DNA of 64,000 bases from Methanofastidiosum sp. (GTDB lineage: Archaea > Methanobacteriota_B > Thermococci > Methanofastidiosales > Methanofastidiosaceae). Shown in pieces: positions 8,184 through 16,378 of this stretch. Each line of letters opens with the position of its first letter. Position 1 is the first letter of the stretch. The translations under genes and the position numbers were made by a program. Where the stretch lies: contig JAHKLW010000005.1 of assembly GCA_020854815.1 (NCBI GenBank), positions 7,422 through 71,421 of the forward strand, read 5' to 3'. Below the pieces are notes generated by a model. That model worked only from the letters and a program-made list of their open reading frames with translations, ran no database searches and was not told the DNA's origin.

Positions 8184-9378
8184 ATATTTATCCTATATTA
8201 TTAATGAACGGGCAAGGAACTATTCTCTTAGTAAAACTTCAACGGATTTTGTTTCAAATAATGTTGCAAAAAAGGTTAGGTCAATTTACTCTGCTATGCC
8301 TGAATATCAAAGAACTCCTTTGGTATCATTAGACAATCTCTCTAAAAGGATAGGTGTTGGAAAAATTTGGGTGAAGGATGAATCCTATAGATTTGGCCTT
8401 AATTCGTTTAAGTCTCTTGGAGGCGTCTATGCGATTTACAAGACATTGGAAGAGATGGCCCCTAGGAGTATCTCAATCTCAGAGATATTTTCACCTTCGT
8501 TTAAGGAAACTGTTGGTGAATTGACATTTTCAGCTGCGACAGATGGAAATCATGGCCTTGGAGTTGCATGGGCTTCAATGAAGCTTGGACAAAAAGCTAT
8601 AATATATCTCCCAACGGGCACAGCTTCACAAAGAATTGAAGCCATAAGAAAGACTGGGGCTAAAGCAGTCGTGATAGATGGGAACTATGACGATGCCGTA
8701 GAGAAGATGGCAAGAGATGGTGAAAAGGAAGGTTGGCAAGTAATGTCAGACACTGCATGGGAAGGCTATCAAGATATACCTGCCTGGATTATGCAGGGCT
8801 ATACCGTCTTATTTGATGAAGCGATGGAAGAAATAAAAGAAAAAGGTGGAGATATGCCAACTCATGTAATCCTCCAAGCAGGCGTCGGTTCATTTTCTGC
8901 TTCAGGTATTGGTTACTTTAACTCCATATATGGAAAGAAAAGACCTATCTCAATTATCGTTGAGCCAGATAATGCGGCATGTTTTTATGAGTCGATTCAG
9001 ATTAATGACGGAAAACCTCACAGAGCAAAGGGGGATCTTTCGACCATAATGGCAGGATTATCTTGTGGGGTACCTAATCCAATAGCGTGGAACATTCACC
9101 TCGACTATTCAGATATTTTTGTTTCTTCTAGAGATGAACTTTCTGCCCTTTCGATGAGAGTCTTGGGAAATCCTTTGAAAGGTGACAAAAAGGTCATTTC
9201 AGGAGAAAGTGGTGCAATTGGGCTGGGGGTCCTAATGCACATCAAAAAAGATTTAGAAATTGGAAATGATTCAGAAATTCTATTAATCAGCACTGAAGGT
9301 GATACAGACCCCAAAGGATATCATGATGTTGTGTGGGGAGGGAAACTCCCCTCGAGACTTCCTACAGAGTCAAGATGA
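8176..9378 (+). CDS. dpaL: Diaminopropionate ammonia-lyase-like PLP enzyme (tryptophan synthase beta fold)
   Basis: KDESYRFGLNSFKSLGG carries the PLP lysine context typical of DpaL/YgeX-type enzymes. The protein is 400 aa and overlaps mvk by 8 nt. Confidence 0.65.
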   Translation: MGEYLSYIINERARNYSLSKTSTDFVSNNVAKKVRSIYSAMPEYQRTPLVSLDNLSKRIGVGKIWVKDESYRFGLNSFKSLGGVYAIYKTLEEMAPRSISISEIFSPSFKETVGELTFSAATDGNHGLGVAWASMKLGQKAIIYLPTGTASQRIEAIRKTGAKAVVIDGNYDDAVEKMARDGEKEGWQVMSDTAWEGYQDIPAWIMQGYTVLFDEAMEEIKEKGGDMPTHVILQAGVGSFSASGIGYFNSIYGKKRPISIIVEPDNAACFYESIQINDGKPHRAKGDLSTIMAGLSCGVPNPIAWNIHLDYSDIFVSSRDELSALSMRVLGNPLKGDKKVISGESGAIGLGVLMHIKKDLEIGNDSEILLISTEGDTDPKGYHDVVWGGKLPSRLPTESR

Positions 9379-9946
9379 TAATGGCTCCAATTGCCATCAA
9401 TGCAATCCACCATATTTTTTCATGACGAAATATTTTTGTCCCGTCAAGTGGCCCAAATGGTAAAAGGTTGAATACACCAATAAATGCACTGACATATGCA
9501 ATCTGCGCCAATAGAGGGATAAATGTAAATCTAAACAATGCAAGAGTGGAAACTGCGACTATAATATTTGCAAGAGGTCCTGAAAGAGATATCTTCGCAT
9601 CTTTCTTTTCATCTGTCAATCCATAAATGTAGACTGCACCAGGTGCCGCAAATACTATTCCAAGGGCAAATGACATCCCCAGAGCAAGTAAAAGCCCAGT
9701 CTGCCAAACATGAAACTGTGCAGGATATCCGTATCTAATTGCAGTGAATTTGTGTGAGAGTTCATGAATCAAAAATGCTGCCCCAACTATCACAAAATAT
9801 TTTGGGAGTGTTGATATAAAAAATATTATTCTGTTGACACTGCCCAATGCAAATGCACCACCACTGAAGGCGAATCCAAATGCAAGAGATAATACTGACC
9901 ACGCAACTAAAAGCTCAATAACTTCTTTTTTATTAAAATTATACAT
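9362..9946 (-). CDS. Site-2 protease (peptidase M50) family membrane metalloprotease, short form
   Basis: HELSH sits in a TM helix, together with the NLLPFGPLDG motif (NxxPxxxLDG). The protein is polytopic and 194 aa. Confidence 0.8.
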   Translation of the reverse strand: MYNFNKKEVIELLVAWSVLSLAFGFAFSGGAFALGSVNRIIFFISTLPKYFVIVGAAFLIHELSHKFTAIRYGYPAQFHVWQTGLLLALGMSFALGIVFAAPGAVYIYGLTDEKKDAKISLSGPLANIIVAVSTLALFRFTFIPLLAQIAYVSAFIGVFNLLPFGPLDGTKIFRHEKIWWIALMAIGAIIILTL

Positions 9947-10592
9947 CTATTTCACCTAAGTATCGTTTTATCCCAGAAACATGACCTGCTCCCACGATAG
10001 CTAAAACCTTTTCTTTCTGTATTCTTTTTAAGTTTTCTGCCATGAATCTATCCCGCTCATCGACAAGCACTTCATATATGTAAGGATATCTATGCTTTAT
10101 TTCATCAATTAGCTCACCTGAATTTTCGTAAACATAATCAATTGTATACTCTTTGTCTGGAAGAACTGCGTCTTTTAAAATCATGACCTTTTCTTTGAAT
10201 CCTACTTTCTCTAAAAGCTTCTGTATTGTTATCCTAAGATCCCTATCAATCAATGCGACTGGTATTCCTTGAGACCTAGCCTCAATGGCAGCTTCGATCA
10301 TTTCTCTACCAGCCACAATTCCCGTGTCAGTTGATATCTTCTTCTGAAGATAAGACATAAATAATAACAAAAAAGCATTTTTAAACCCGAACTCTTTCAT
10401 TTCTCTAAGCGTTGGCTTTCTATCGTCATTGTGTAAGAGAGCATCAAGTCTTGCAGGATCAAGCTCAAGGGCAACTATATCTGGTTTTTCCTCTCTTATG
10501 GCTTCCCGGACTTCAATAACGCTCTTCTCATAGACGTGGGCTGTGCCAAGGATTATATAGGTGGTCTCACCAAGCTTTAGGTACTCCTTCAT
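9939..10592 (-). CDS. TraB/PrgY/GumN (Tiki-like) family protein, soluble domain only
   Basis: ILGTAHVYEKS...IVALELD...GAGHV is typical of the TraB family. At 217 aa it lacks the C-terminal TM region found in many TraB proteins. Confidence 0.75.
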   Translation of the reverse strand: MKEYLKLGETTYIILGTAHVYEKSVIEVREAIREEKPDIVALELDPARLDALLHNDDRKPTLREMKEFGFKNAFLLLFMSYLQKKISTDTGIVAGREMIEAAIEARSQGIPVALIDRDLRITIQKLLEKVGFKEKVMILKDAVLPDKEYTIDYVYENSGELIDEIKHRYPYIYEVLVDERDRFMAENLKRIQKEKVLAIVGAGHVSGIKRYLGEIDV

Positions 10593-11642
10593 TTACACCC
10601 TCTTTAGCATCAGTATTTCAGAAAATCTAAGTATATCTGTTTTTGAGATGAATCCGACAAGTTTACCATTTTCAAGAACTGGTGCCCTCCCAAGATTTTT
10701 TTCTGTAAGTTTTGTATGCAGATCAAATACTTCCATATCAGGAGATGCTATGATGATGTCTTTTACCATGACATCTTCAACTTTGGTATCGATCCATTTA
10801 ATCCTTGGGACTGACAGAAGCTCATTCGTAGTTATAATGCCAAGAACTTTGTCATCAAAAACAACGGGGTATCCTTTGTGTCTTTTTTCTATCAAGAGTT
10901 TTTCAAAATCCTCCATGGTATCATAAGGTGAGACCGTCGCAATGTTTTTTACCATGAGGTCCTTTACCTTAATCCCTTTCAACGCTGAGGACATCTGAGT
11001 TGACTGGTATTCCCCCATGCCTCCCATGTAAATAAAAAAGGCGATAATAATAAGCCAAGGATTATAAAAAACACCAACAAATGCAAAAATAATTGCAAGC
11101 CCTTGTCCTATCCTAACAGATATTTCTGTTGCCTTGAGATATTCCATCCTTGAAGAAAGAAATGCCCTAAGTACCCTGCCTCCGTCCATGGGAAATGCCG
11201 GGATTATGTTAAACAGTCCCAATATGAAATTAAGAGACATCACAATCCTAACTATATCTGTAATGGAGTCTAATTGGATCCAGTTGAAGTCAAAGTACAT
11301 ACTAAGCCCGAAAAGAGTTCCGAATAAAAATAATAGTGCACCTATGGCTATGCTTGTAATTGGGCCAATCACAGCTATTGCAAACTCATGCCCCTTTGGT
11401 ATAGCCTCCATCTGAGAAACTCCTCCTATTGGGAGAAGAGTAATCTTTTTAATCTTGGCGCCATAACGCCTTCCAACAAGAGAATGTGCCAACTCATGCA
11501 CTAAAACTGACGCAAATAATAATAAAATGACCAGTAACGGAATGAAGCCAAATATTGCGAAAATCAAAAGAAGCAGTAAGAATGTAATGTGAAGCTCTAT
11601 CTGTATACCGAATATACTTCCAAACTTTAAACTCCAAGGCAT
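10593..11642 (-). CDS. Site-2 protease (peptidase M50) with C-terminal CBS domain pair
   Basis: HELAHSL and NIIPAFPMDGGRVL motifs are present. The C-terminal roughly 130 aa shows a tandem CBS-like pattern (VKDLMVKNIATVSP..., VEDVMVKDIIIASP...). Confidence 0.85.
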   Translation of the reverse strand: MPWSLKFGSIFGIQIELHITFLLLLLIFAIFGFIPLLVILLLFASVLVHELAHSLVGRRYGAKIKKITLLPIGGVSQMEAIPKGHEFAIAVIGPITSIAIGALLFLFGTLFGLSMYFDFNWIQLDSITDIVRIVMSLNFILGLFNIIPAFPMDGGRVLRAFLSSRMEYLKATEISVRIGQGLAIIFAFVGVFYNPWLIIIAFFIYMGGMGEYQSTQMSSALKGIKVKDLMVKNIATVSPYDTMEDFEKLLIEKRHKGYPVVFDDKVLGIITTNELLSVPRIKWIDTKVEDVMVKDIIIASPDMEVFDLHTKLTEKNLGRAPVLENGKLVGFISKTDILRFSEILMLKRV

Positions 11643-11685
11643 AAATCATCTTTAAGCAACAACACTTATAAGTTTTAGTTTTTGG

Positions 11686-11756
11686 GGGAGCCAAAAAATT
11701 TGTACCCTCTGAGAAATTATACTGCATTGGCTCCCAGACTAAAGAAATTGGGTACA
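11686..11756. repeat. Two interleaved GC-rich inverted repeats (pseudoknot-like arrangement) in an AT-rich divergent intergenic region
   Basis: GGGAGCCAA (11686-11694) is complementary to TTGGCTCCC (11727-11735). TGTACCC (11701-11707) is complementary to GGGTACA (11750-11756). Confidence 0.6.
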
Positions 11757-11931
11757 TTTATATAATTTTGGTTGATTTGAATTGAATACTAATTCTAATT
11801 AGAGATTTATGTTACAATTAACAAAAAATTGAAGAAATAGGTAATGCCTTAAAGAATCGGCATATAAATGCTTGATATAATATGTAAAAGAAGTTTCTTA
11901 ATGATATATTTAAATATCTCAATACTGTAAT

Positions 11932-12141
11932 ATGATTGATATCATGGAATCAAAGATAAAAGATTTAACCATTGAAGAGTTCCGTCTGCTCTTATCGGAT
12001 ACTCTAAAAGAAGTAATGGAAGATTTGAAGGAGGACATGTTGGCTCTTTCAAGTCAGGATTATATTGATTCAATTGAAGAGTCGAGGAAAGATTACAAAG
12101 AAGGGAAATTTAAAAATCTAGAGGATATACTAAATGTATAA
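11932..12141 (+). CDS. Type II antitoxin (small acidic protein upstream of the RelE/ParE toxin)
   Basis: The protein is 69 aa and acidic. It overlaps the downstream toxin gene by 8 nt, the classical TA arrangement. Confidence 0.6.
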   Translation: MIDIMESKIKDLTIEEFRLLLSDTLKEVMEDLKEDMLALSSQDYIDSIEESRKDYKEGKFKNLEDILNV

Positions 12142-12388
12142 TGTCGTTATCCCCGACAGAGCCTCCAAGGATTTAGAGAAAATTGATAAAAAAACTCAGA
12201 AGATAATCCTTTTAAAAATAAAAGAATATTCCTCGAATCCTTTTAGATATTCAACTAGATTAAGTGATACTAGGATTGGAGATTATAGATTTAGAATTGG
12301 TAAGTACAGAGTCATTTTTGATATTGATGGGGATAATTTAGTAGTTTTGAGAATAGGCCATAGAAAGAATATTTATAAAAATATATAA
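12134..12388 (+). CDS. relE: RelE/ParE family type II toxin
   Basis: The protein is 84 aa. RIGDYRFRIGKYRVIFDIDGDNLVVLRIGHRKNIY is the typical RelE/ParE C-terminal pattern. Confidence 0.8.
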   Translation: MYNVVIPDRASKDLEKIDKKTQKIILLKIKEYSSNPFRYSTRLSDTRIGDYRFRIGKYRVIFDIDGDNLVVLRIGHRKNIYKNI

Positions 12389-12398
12389 TAAAAAACAA

Positions 12399-12472
12399 CG
12401 GACCAGGGGGGATTTGAACCCCCGACCTATAGCTTAGGAGGCTATCGCCATATCCACTAGGCCACTGGTCCC
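12399..12472 (-). tRNA. tRNA-Arg (CCT)
   Basis: The reverse complement reads GGGACCAGTGGCCTAGTGGATATGGCGATAGCCTCCTAAGCTATAGGTCGGGGGTTCAAATCCCCCCTGGTCCG. The anticodon stem is ATAGC/GCTAT and the loop is CTCCTAA. Confidence 0.9.
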
Positions 12473-12482
12473 AAATCGGATT

Positions 12483-14303
12483 TTATAACATTATATATAA
12501 GTTTTTACCATTCATAATGCCGTCTTCGATTTGCTCAGCGATTGGATTTTTGTTTGATATCTTGATTTTTCCAGACTTTGGAACATTAATCTCTTCAAGG
12601 TAATCATCCTCTAGGAATATTTTGACACTTTTTCGTGCAAATCTTTTTTCAACATTTATGAGAACATACTTTTCCCTGAAGTCAACATCCACTGGGATTC
12701 TGCCCTTTTTACCCTTCTCCTGAGTCTTTTCCATTGGTCTTACATCAATTGAAAATCCTATTGCATTCTCAAGTGCCCTTATGTTTTTTCCTTCCTTACC
12801 TATTATTGAGGGAATATCATCATTTTTAACATAAAGAGCAATCCTAGAATCTGATACTGCTTCTAGATCAAATTGTATCCCAAGTTCAGCGTTTAACTTT
12901 TCCTTTAGCTTTGATAGAGCTAATTTCTTCATAGGAGATGTTTCTTTTCTCCGGGCTTTAAGGGGCATCACGACGACCTGCTCCCCATATGTGTAAATCT
13001 CATAAAGCGGAGTCTTTGAGTAGAAATCCTTTATCTCAACTATCGGTCTTGCAAGGTCAGCTTCACTCATGCCGTGAGGAACTTTTACCAAAAATTCTAA
13101 TTCTAAGACCTGATTCAATTCTCCGTTTTTTATGAAGATAATAGTGTCAATGAGCTGCGGTATAATACCTAGCTCAATCCTTCCTATGAAACGCTGAATT
13201 GCATCGACAGGTTTTGTCGCATGGACAACGCCAACCATGCCCACACCTGCAAGCCTCATATCAGCATATATCTTGAAATCATTTGTGACCCTCATTTCAT
13301 CAAAGATTGTAAAATCTGGCCTTACTAAAAGTAGTATATCGCCGGTCTTTGCCATATCACCTTCTAGTGCAGTATACTGAGTTATCTCAGGCTGGACATT
13401 TAGGTCCCTTGGCTTTTCCATTGTCTTTACTATCTTTTCTAAAGATGCGTAGTACTCTGCTATGGCCTGGGCAAATGTGGACTTACCCATACCTGGTGCA
13501 CCTGCGATAAGAATTCCTTCTGCAGTTTCAAGCCTCTTCATGAGCTGCTCAGGCAGATTATAATCTTCCAAGCTAAGTTTTTTAACAGGTCTCACAGCAG
13601 TTATTTCAAATCTATCTGAAAATGGCGGTGAAGTAATTACTATCCTGTATTCTTGCAACTGGACAACACTCGCTCCTTTTTCATCAAGTTCGATAAAGCT
13701 ATCCCTTGTAGTTTTTGCTCTCTCTAAGATATCAAGAGAGATTTCCTTTAGCTCATCTTCGCTGTAAATCCTATCATACTTTTCTAAGACTATTGAGCCG
13801 GGCTTTCCTTTCTTTCTTGCTGGCATGATGCCATCTTTTAGGTGAACAGATAAGGTTTCTAAATCAAAGAAATCCTCAATCTTTAGTTTTACCTTTTTAT
13901 ATGGCTTTAGAAAAATTGACTGCACCCCTTTGGCCTCGGCAATATCTTTTTGGATTAGGTCGCCTGTTATTAGGGTGCCGCCTAAATCCATTGCGGCCTC
14001 CCTGATGATGGCGTCAATATCGCCTTTTTTAGCACCTGCAATCTCATACCTTGTTGGCCTCTTGCCGTAGTATTCCAAAGGTACGAATATCTCCTTTGAA
14101 ATATTGAATATTGCCTTTAACTCTGCGATGCCAGATATTCCAGAGGATTTCCCCTCGTTTGCTAGATGCTCAACCTCTGCAACTGTGGCTTCAGCTATGA
14201 CAATTCTTTCTAAATCCTTTACAAAATCAGCATCGCGCAAAAGAGCCTTGAATCTACCGTCAACTACAACGGATGTGTCCGGTACAGCAATCATATGAAT
14301 CAC
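12483..14303 (-). CDS. PIN domain + PilT/VirB11-type ATPase + KH domain protein (archaeal PINc/PilT-family ATPase)
   Basis: The N-terminus is PIN-like (VPDTSVVVDG). Walker A is GAPGMGKST and the C-terminal KH GXXG motif is IGKEGKNIRALE. Size is 606 aa. Confidence 0.8.
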   Translation of the reverse strand: MIHMIAVPDTSVVVDGRFKALLRDADFVKDLERIVIAEATVAEVEHLANEGKSSGISGIAELKAIFNISKEIFVPLEYYGKRPTRYEIAGAKKGDIDAIIREAAMDLGGTLITGDLIQKDIAEAKGVQSIFLKPYKKVKLKIEDFFDLETLSVHLKDGIMPARKKGKPGSIVLEKYDRIYSEDELKEISLDILERAKTTRDSFIELDEKGASVVQLQEYRIVITSPPFSDRFEITAVRPVKKLSLEDYNLPEQLMKRLETAEGILIAGAPGMGKSTFAQAIAEYYASLEKIVKTMEKPRDLNVQPEITQYTALEGDMAKTGDILLLVRPDFTIFDEMRVTNDFKIYADMRLAGVGMVGVVHATKPVDAIQRFIGRIELGIIPQLIDTIIFIKNGELNQVLELEFLVKVPHGMSEADLARPIVEIKDFYSKTPLYEIYTYGEQVVVMPLKARRKETSPMKKLALSKLKEKLNAELGIQFDLEAVSDSRIALYVKNDDIPSIIGKEGKNIRALENAIGFSIDVRPMEKTQEKGKKGRIPVDVDFREKYVLINVEKRFARKSVKIFLEDDYLEEINVPKSGKIKISNKNPIAEQIEDGIMNGKNLYIML

Positions 14304-14308
14304 AAGGG

Positions 14309-15052
14309 CTAGTAAATTTCTCCCTGTGGATATACCACTATGCCCTCTTTAGAGATGGAAAACGGATACTGCTTTATCTTATGATTTGTCTCCCTCATCT
14401 TCCTGATGAATATGCTCCTCTTGTACTCTGCCATCCTGGGCATGGCCTTTTCCCCTTCGACAAGGTGCATTGTGATAACTCCCCTAGTTATGAACTCTTC
14501 ATATCCAAATCGGGAATAACCGTGGCCATTAATAATCTCAGTTATCAGAATTGAAGTTGCCTTTGTCTCAGTTAAGACCCTTCCCATCATATAGATATCG
14601 TCTCGCATGTTTTCAGGTTCTTCAGAGAAGAAAAATGCTGGGAGGGAATCTATGACAATTCTTTTTGCATTAATATCCATAGCTATCTCATATAATTTTG
14701 AAAGAAGGGATTTTATGTCGACATCGCTTTTGACGTAAAAGTTTTCATCTGTGGGAACACCTACCCTTAAAGATGCAGCGTCGAGGATGACAATTTTTTT
14801 CTGATCTTCGTATTTTTTAAAATCCCATCCGAACTGGAGAGCTTCTCTTCTTAGCTCTTCAGGTTTTTCTTCAAACGTTACATAGATGCCTGCCTCTCCA
14901 AAATCCTTGGCACCAGAGTAGATATACTGCAGGGAAAATATAGTTTTTCCTGTTCCTGCCTCACCAGACAATAATATTGACGAGCTTTGAGGTAACCCCC
15001 CTCCAATTAGCTCATCGAGCCCTTTAATTCCTGTCTTTACTCTTTCATCCAT
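14309..15052 (-). CDS. KaiC/RadA-like RecA-superfamily ATPase (single domain, 247 aa)
   Basis: GIKGLDELIGGGLP is followed by Walker A GEAGTGKT and Walker B RIVIDSL. Confidence 0.85.
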   Translation of the reverse strand: MDERVKTGIKGLDELIGGGLPQSSSILLSGEAGTGKTIFSLQYIYSGAKDFGEAGIYVTFEEKPEELRREALQFGWDFKKYEDQKKIVILDAASLRVGVPTDENFYVKSDVDIKSLLSKLYEIAMDINAKRIVIDSLPAFFFSEEPENMRDDIYMMGRVLTETKATSILITEIINGHGYSRFGYEEFITRGVITMHLVEGEKAMPRMAEYKRSIFIRKMRETNHKIKQYPFSISKEGIVVYPQGEIY

Positions 15053-15060
15053 ATTCTCAC

Positions 15061-15354
15061 CTATATTCTTAACGTAACTAGGAAAAATGAAAGTATCATT
15101 ATGATAAGTCCTAATATAAATACACTAAACGATGTGTTAATAAATGCTTCCTTTCTTATATTTTCCTCTTTTAGTTTTGAAGATTTAAATGCGGTAATAA
15201 ATGATCCCATGAAGAGTATGCTTGATATTAATAAGAAAACAGATAACGATTCTTTGTACACATAATTTGATATGAGCGCATACTGTGCTAAAAATAATGA
15301 TGCTGCAAACATTATTATGGATGCATGAAGTATGCTTTGGGATGTTTCGTTCAT
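15061..15354 (-). CDS. Small polytopic membrane protein (97 aa, about 3 TM by eye)
   Basis: It has three hydrophobic stretches. Its start overlaps the upstream stop by 1 nt (TAATG). No family was recognised. Confidence 0.55.
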   Translation of the reverse strand: MNETSQSILHASIIMFAASLFLAQYALISNYVYKESLSVFLLISSILFMGSFITAFKSSKLKEENIRKEAFINTSFSVFILGLIIMILSFFLVTLRI

Positions 15355-15764
15355 TACCTCACCCCCACTATAAGGCCGTAAAGGTAGAAGATGTAACCTA
15401 AAACCCCTATTATCAGGTAAATGATGTAATGATTCTTATGGTCATTTTCTTCAAGATTATATTTAAACTGTAAAATGATATGAACTGTGTAGAGGAAAAT
15501 TGAGATTAATATACTTGATGACCTCGCAATCTCAGGGTATGACGCAGGAGAAAACTTCAATAGAGCATTTAAAATATCTGAAGAACTCAAGATAAATATG
15601 AACAATAAGAGGTACCCCATGATGCTAAAAGTTTCCCCCATGATGAAGTACATCGTCTTTGATTTGTAGTCGTTTGTGGTGTTATACAAAATGAATGTGA
15701 TAAGTTCTACTGTGAAAAATAGGAGAATGGCTGTTCCAATCCCTAAAAATAGTACATCTGCCAT
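15354..15764 (-). CDS. Small polytopic membrane protein (136 aa, about 4 TM by eye)
   Basis: It has four hydrophobic stretches and is packed inside the operon. No family was recognised. Confidence 0.55.
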   Translation of the reverse strand: MADVLFLGIGTAILLFFTVELITFILYNTTNDYKSKTMYFIMGETFSIMGYLLLFIFILSSSDILNALLKFSPASYPEIARSSSILISIFLYTVHIILQFKYNLEENDHKNHYIIYLIIGVLGYIFYLYGLIVGVR

Positions 15765-15772
15765 GGAATCCC

Positions 15773-16378
15773 TTATATTCTGAATCTATCAAATATTACA
15801 TTATTATTATTTATACGATACTTTATTCTTTTATAGTTTCCGCTATAAAGCTTGCCAAAATCAACATAAAAAACCTCTTCCCCCATTTCAACGGCCCTTT
15901 CCAAGAAGAGCGTAGCTTCGGCCAAATGCCTTATTGATACTTCAACTTCATCTTTGTGCATGCCCTTGTGTAAAAAGATTATTATCCGGGCATTTTTTTC
16001 CCTCCCCATTGCAAATAGCCTCTGGAGAAACCGGTAAACTGGAACAAGGCCTAGCGTTACTAATAAGGAAGAAATAGAGTCTATAATTACTGTCGTATCT
16101 TTTCCTGTTTCTTCCCTTGCCATGAAGATATTTCTTATGATTTCATCTAAATCGTATGCATAAGAGATGTGGTATTTCTCAGAGCTTTTGATCCCAAGCC
16201 TTTCGGTATAACAGTCAATTATGAATTTGGGCTTGAAGAGCTCTCTTATCTCTAGTGGGCTTTTGTCTATGCCCACATATATTAAATCGCCCTTGATTAA
16301 TTCTTTGCCAAAATACTCTTTTCCAGTTTCTGGCTCTCCTAGAAGAAGTATGTTGTTCTGTTCTAACTCTTTGAGCAT
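15773..16378 (-). CDS. KaiC/RecA-fold protein with degenerate P-loop (201 aa)
   Basis: LLLGEPETGKEYFG is a Walker A-like motif lacking the Ser/Thr after Lys. Walker B-like TVIIDSIS is present. The overall pattern resembles the 247-aa neighbour. Confidence 0.6.
   Translation of the reverse strand: MLKELEQNNILLLGEPETGKEYFGKELIKGDLIYVGIDKSPLEIRELFKPKFIIDCYTERLGIKSSEKYHISYAYDLDEIIRNIFMAREETGKDTTVIIDSISSLLVTLGLVPVYRFLQRLFAMGREKNARIIIFLHKGMHKDEVEVSIRHLAEATLFLERAVEMGEEVFYVDFGKLYSGNYKRIKYRINNNNVIFDRFRI

Noticed and set aside
11684-11740. A THI-box-like fragment (GGGGAGCC...CTGAGAAAT) suggestive of a TPP riboswitch.
   Set aside because: Only the first-half resemblance is present. The pyrophosphate-sensor helix (ACCUGAUCUGGAUAAUGCCAGCG-like) is absent, and no thiamine-related gene is adjacent.
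11494-11757. An 87-aa minus-strand ORF spanning the start of the S2P-CBS gene and the upstream spacer.
   Set aside because: It is out of frame with the well-supported protease gene, which it overlaps. It has no motifs and is Cys/Trp-rich junk-like sequence. The inverted repeats in the spacer are reported separately.
12399-12472. An integrated element bounded by a duplicated tRNA-Arg(CCT) 3-prime end.
   Set aside because: The only upstream match found by eye is an 8-nt GATTTGAA at about 11775. That is too short to be meaningful.
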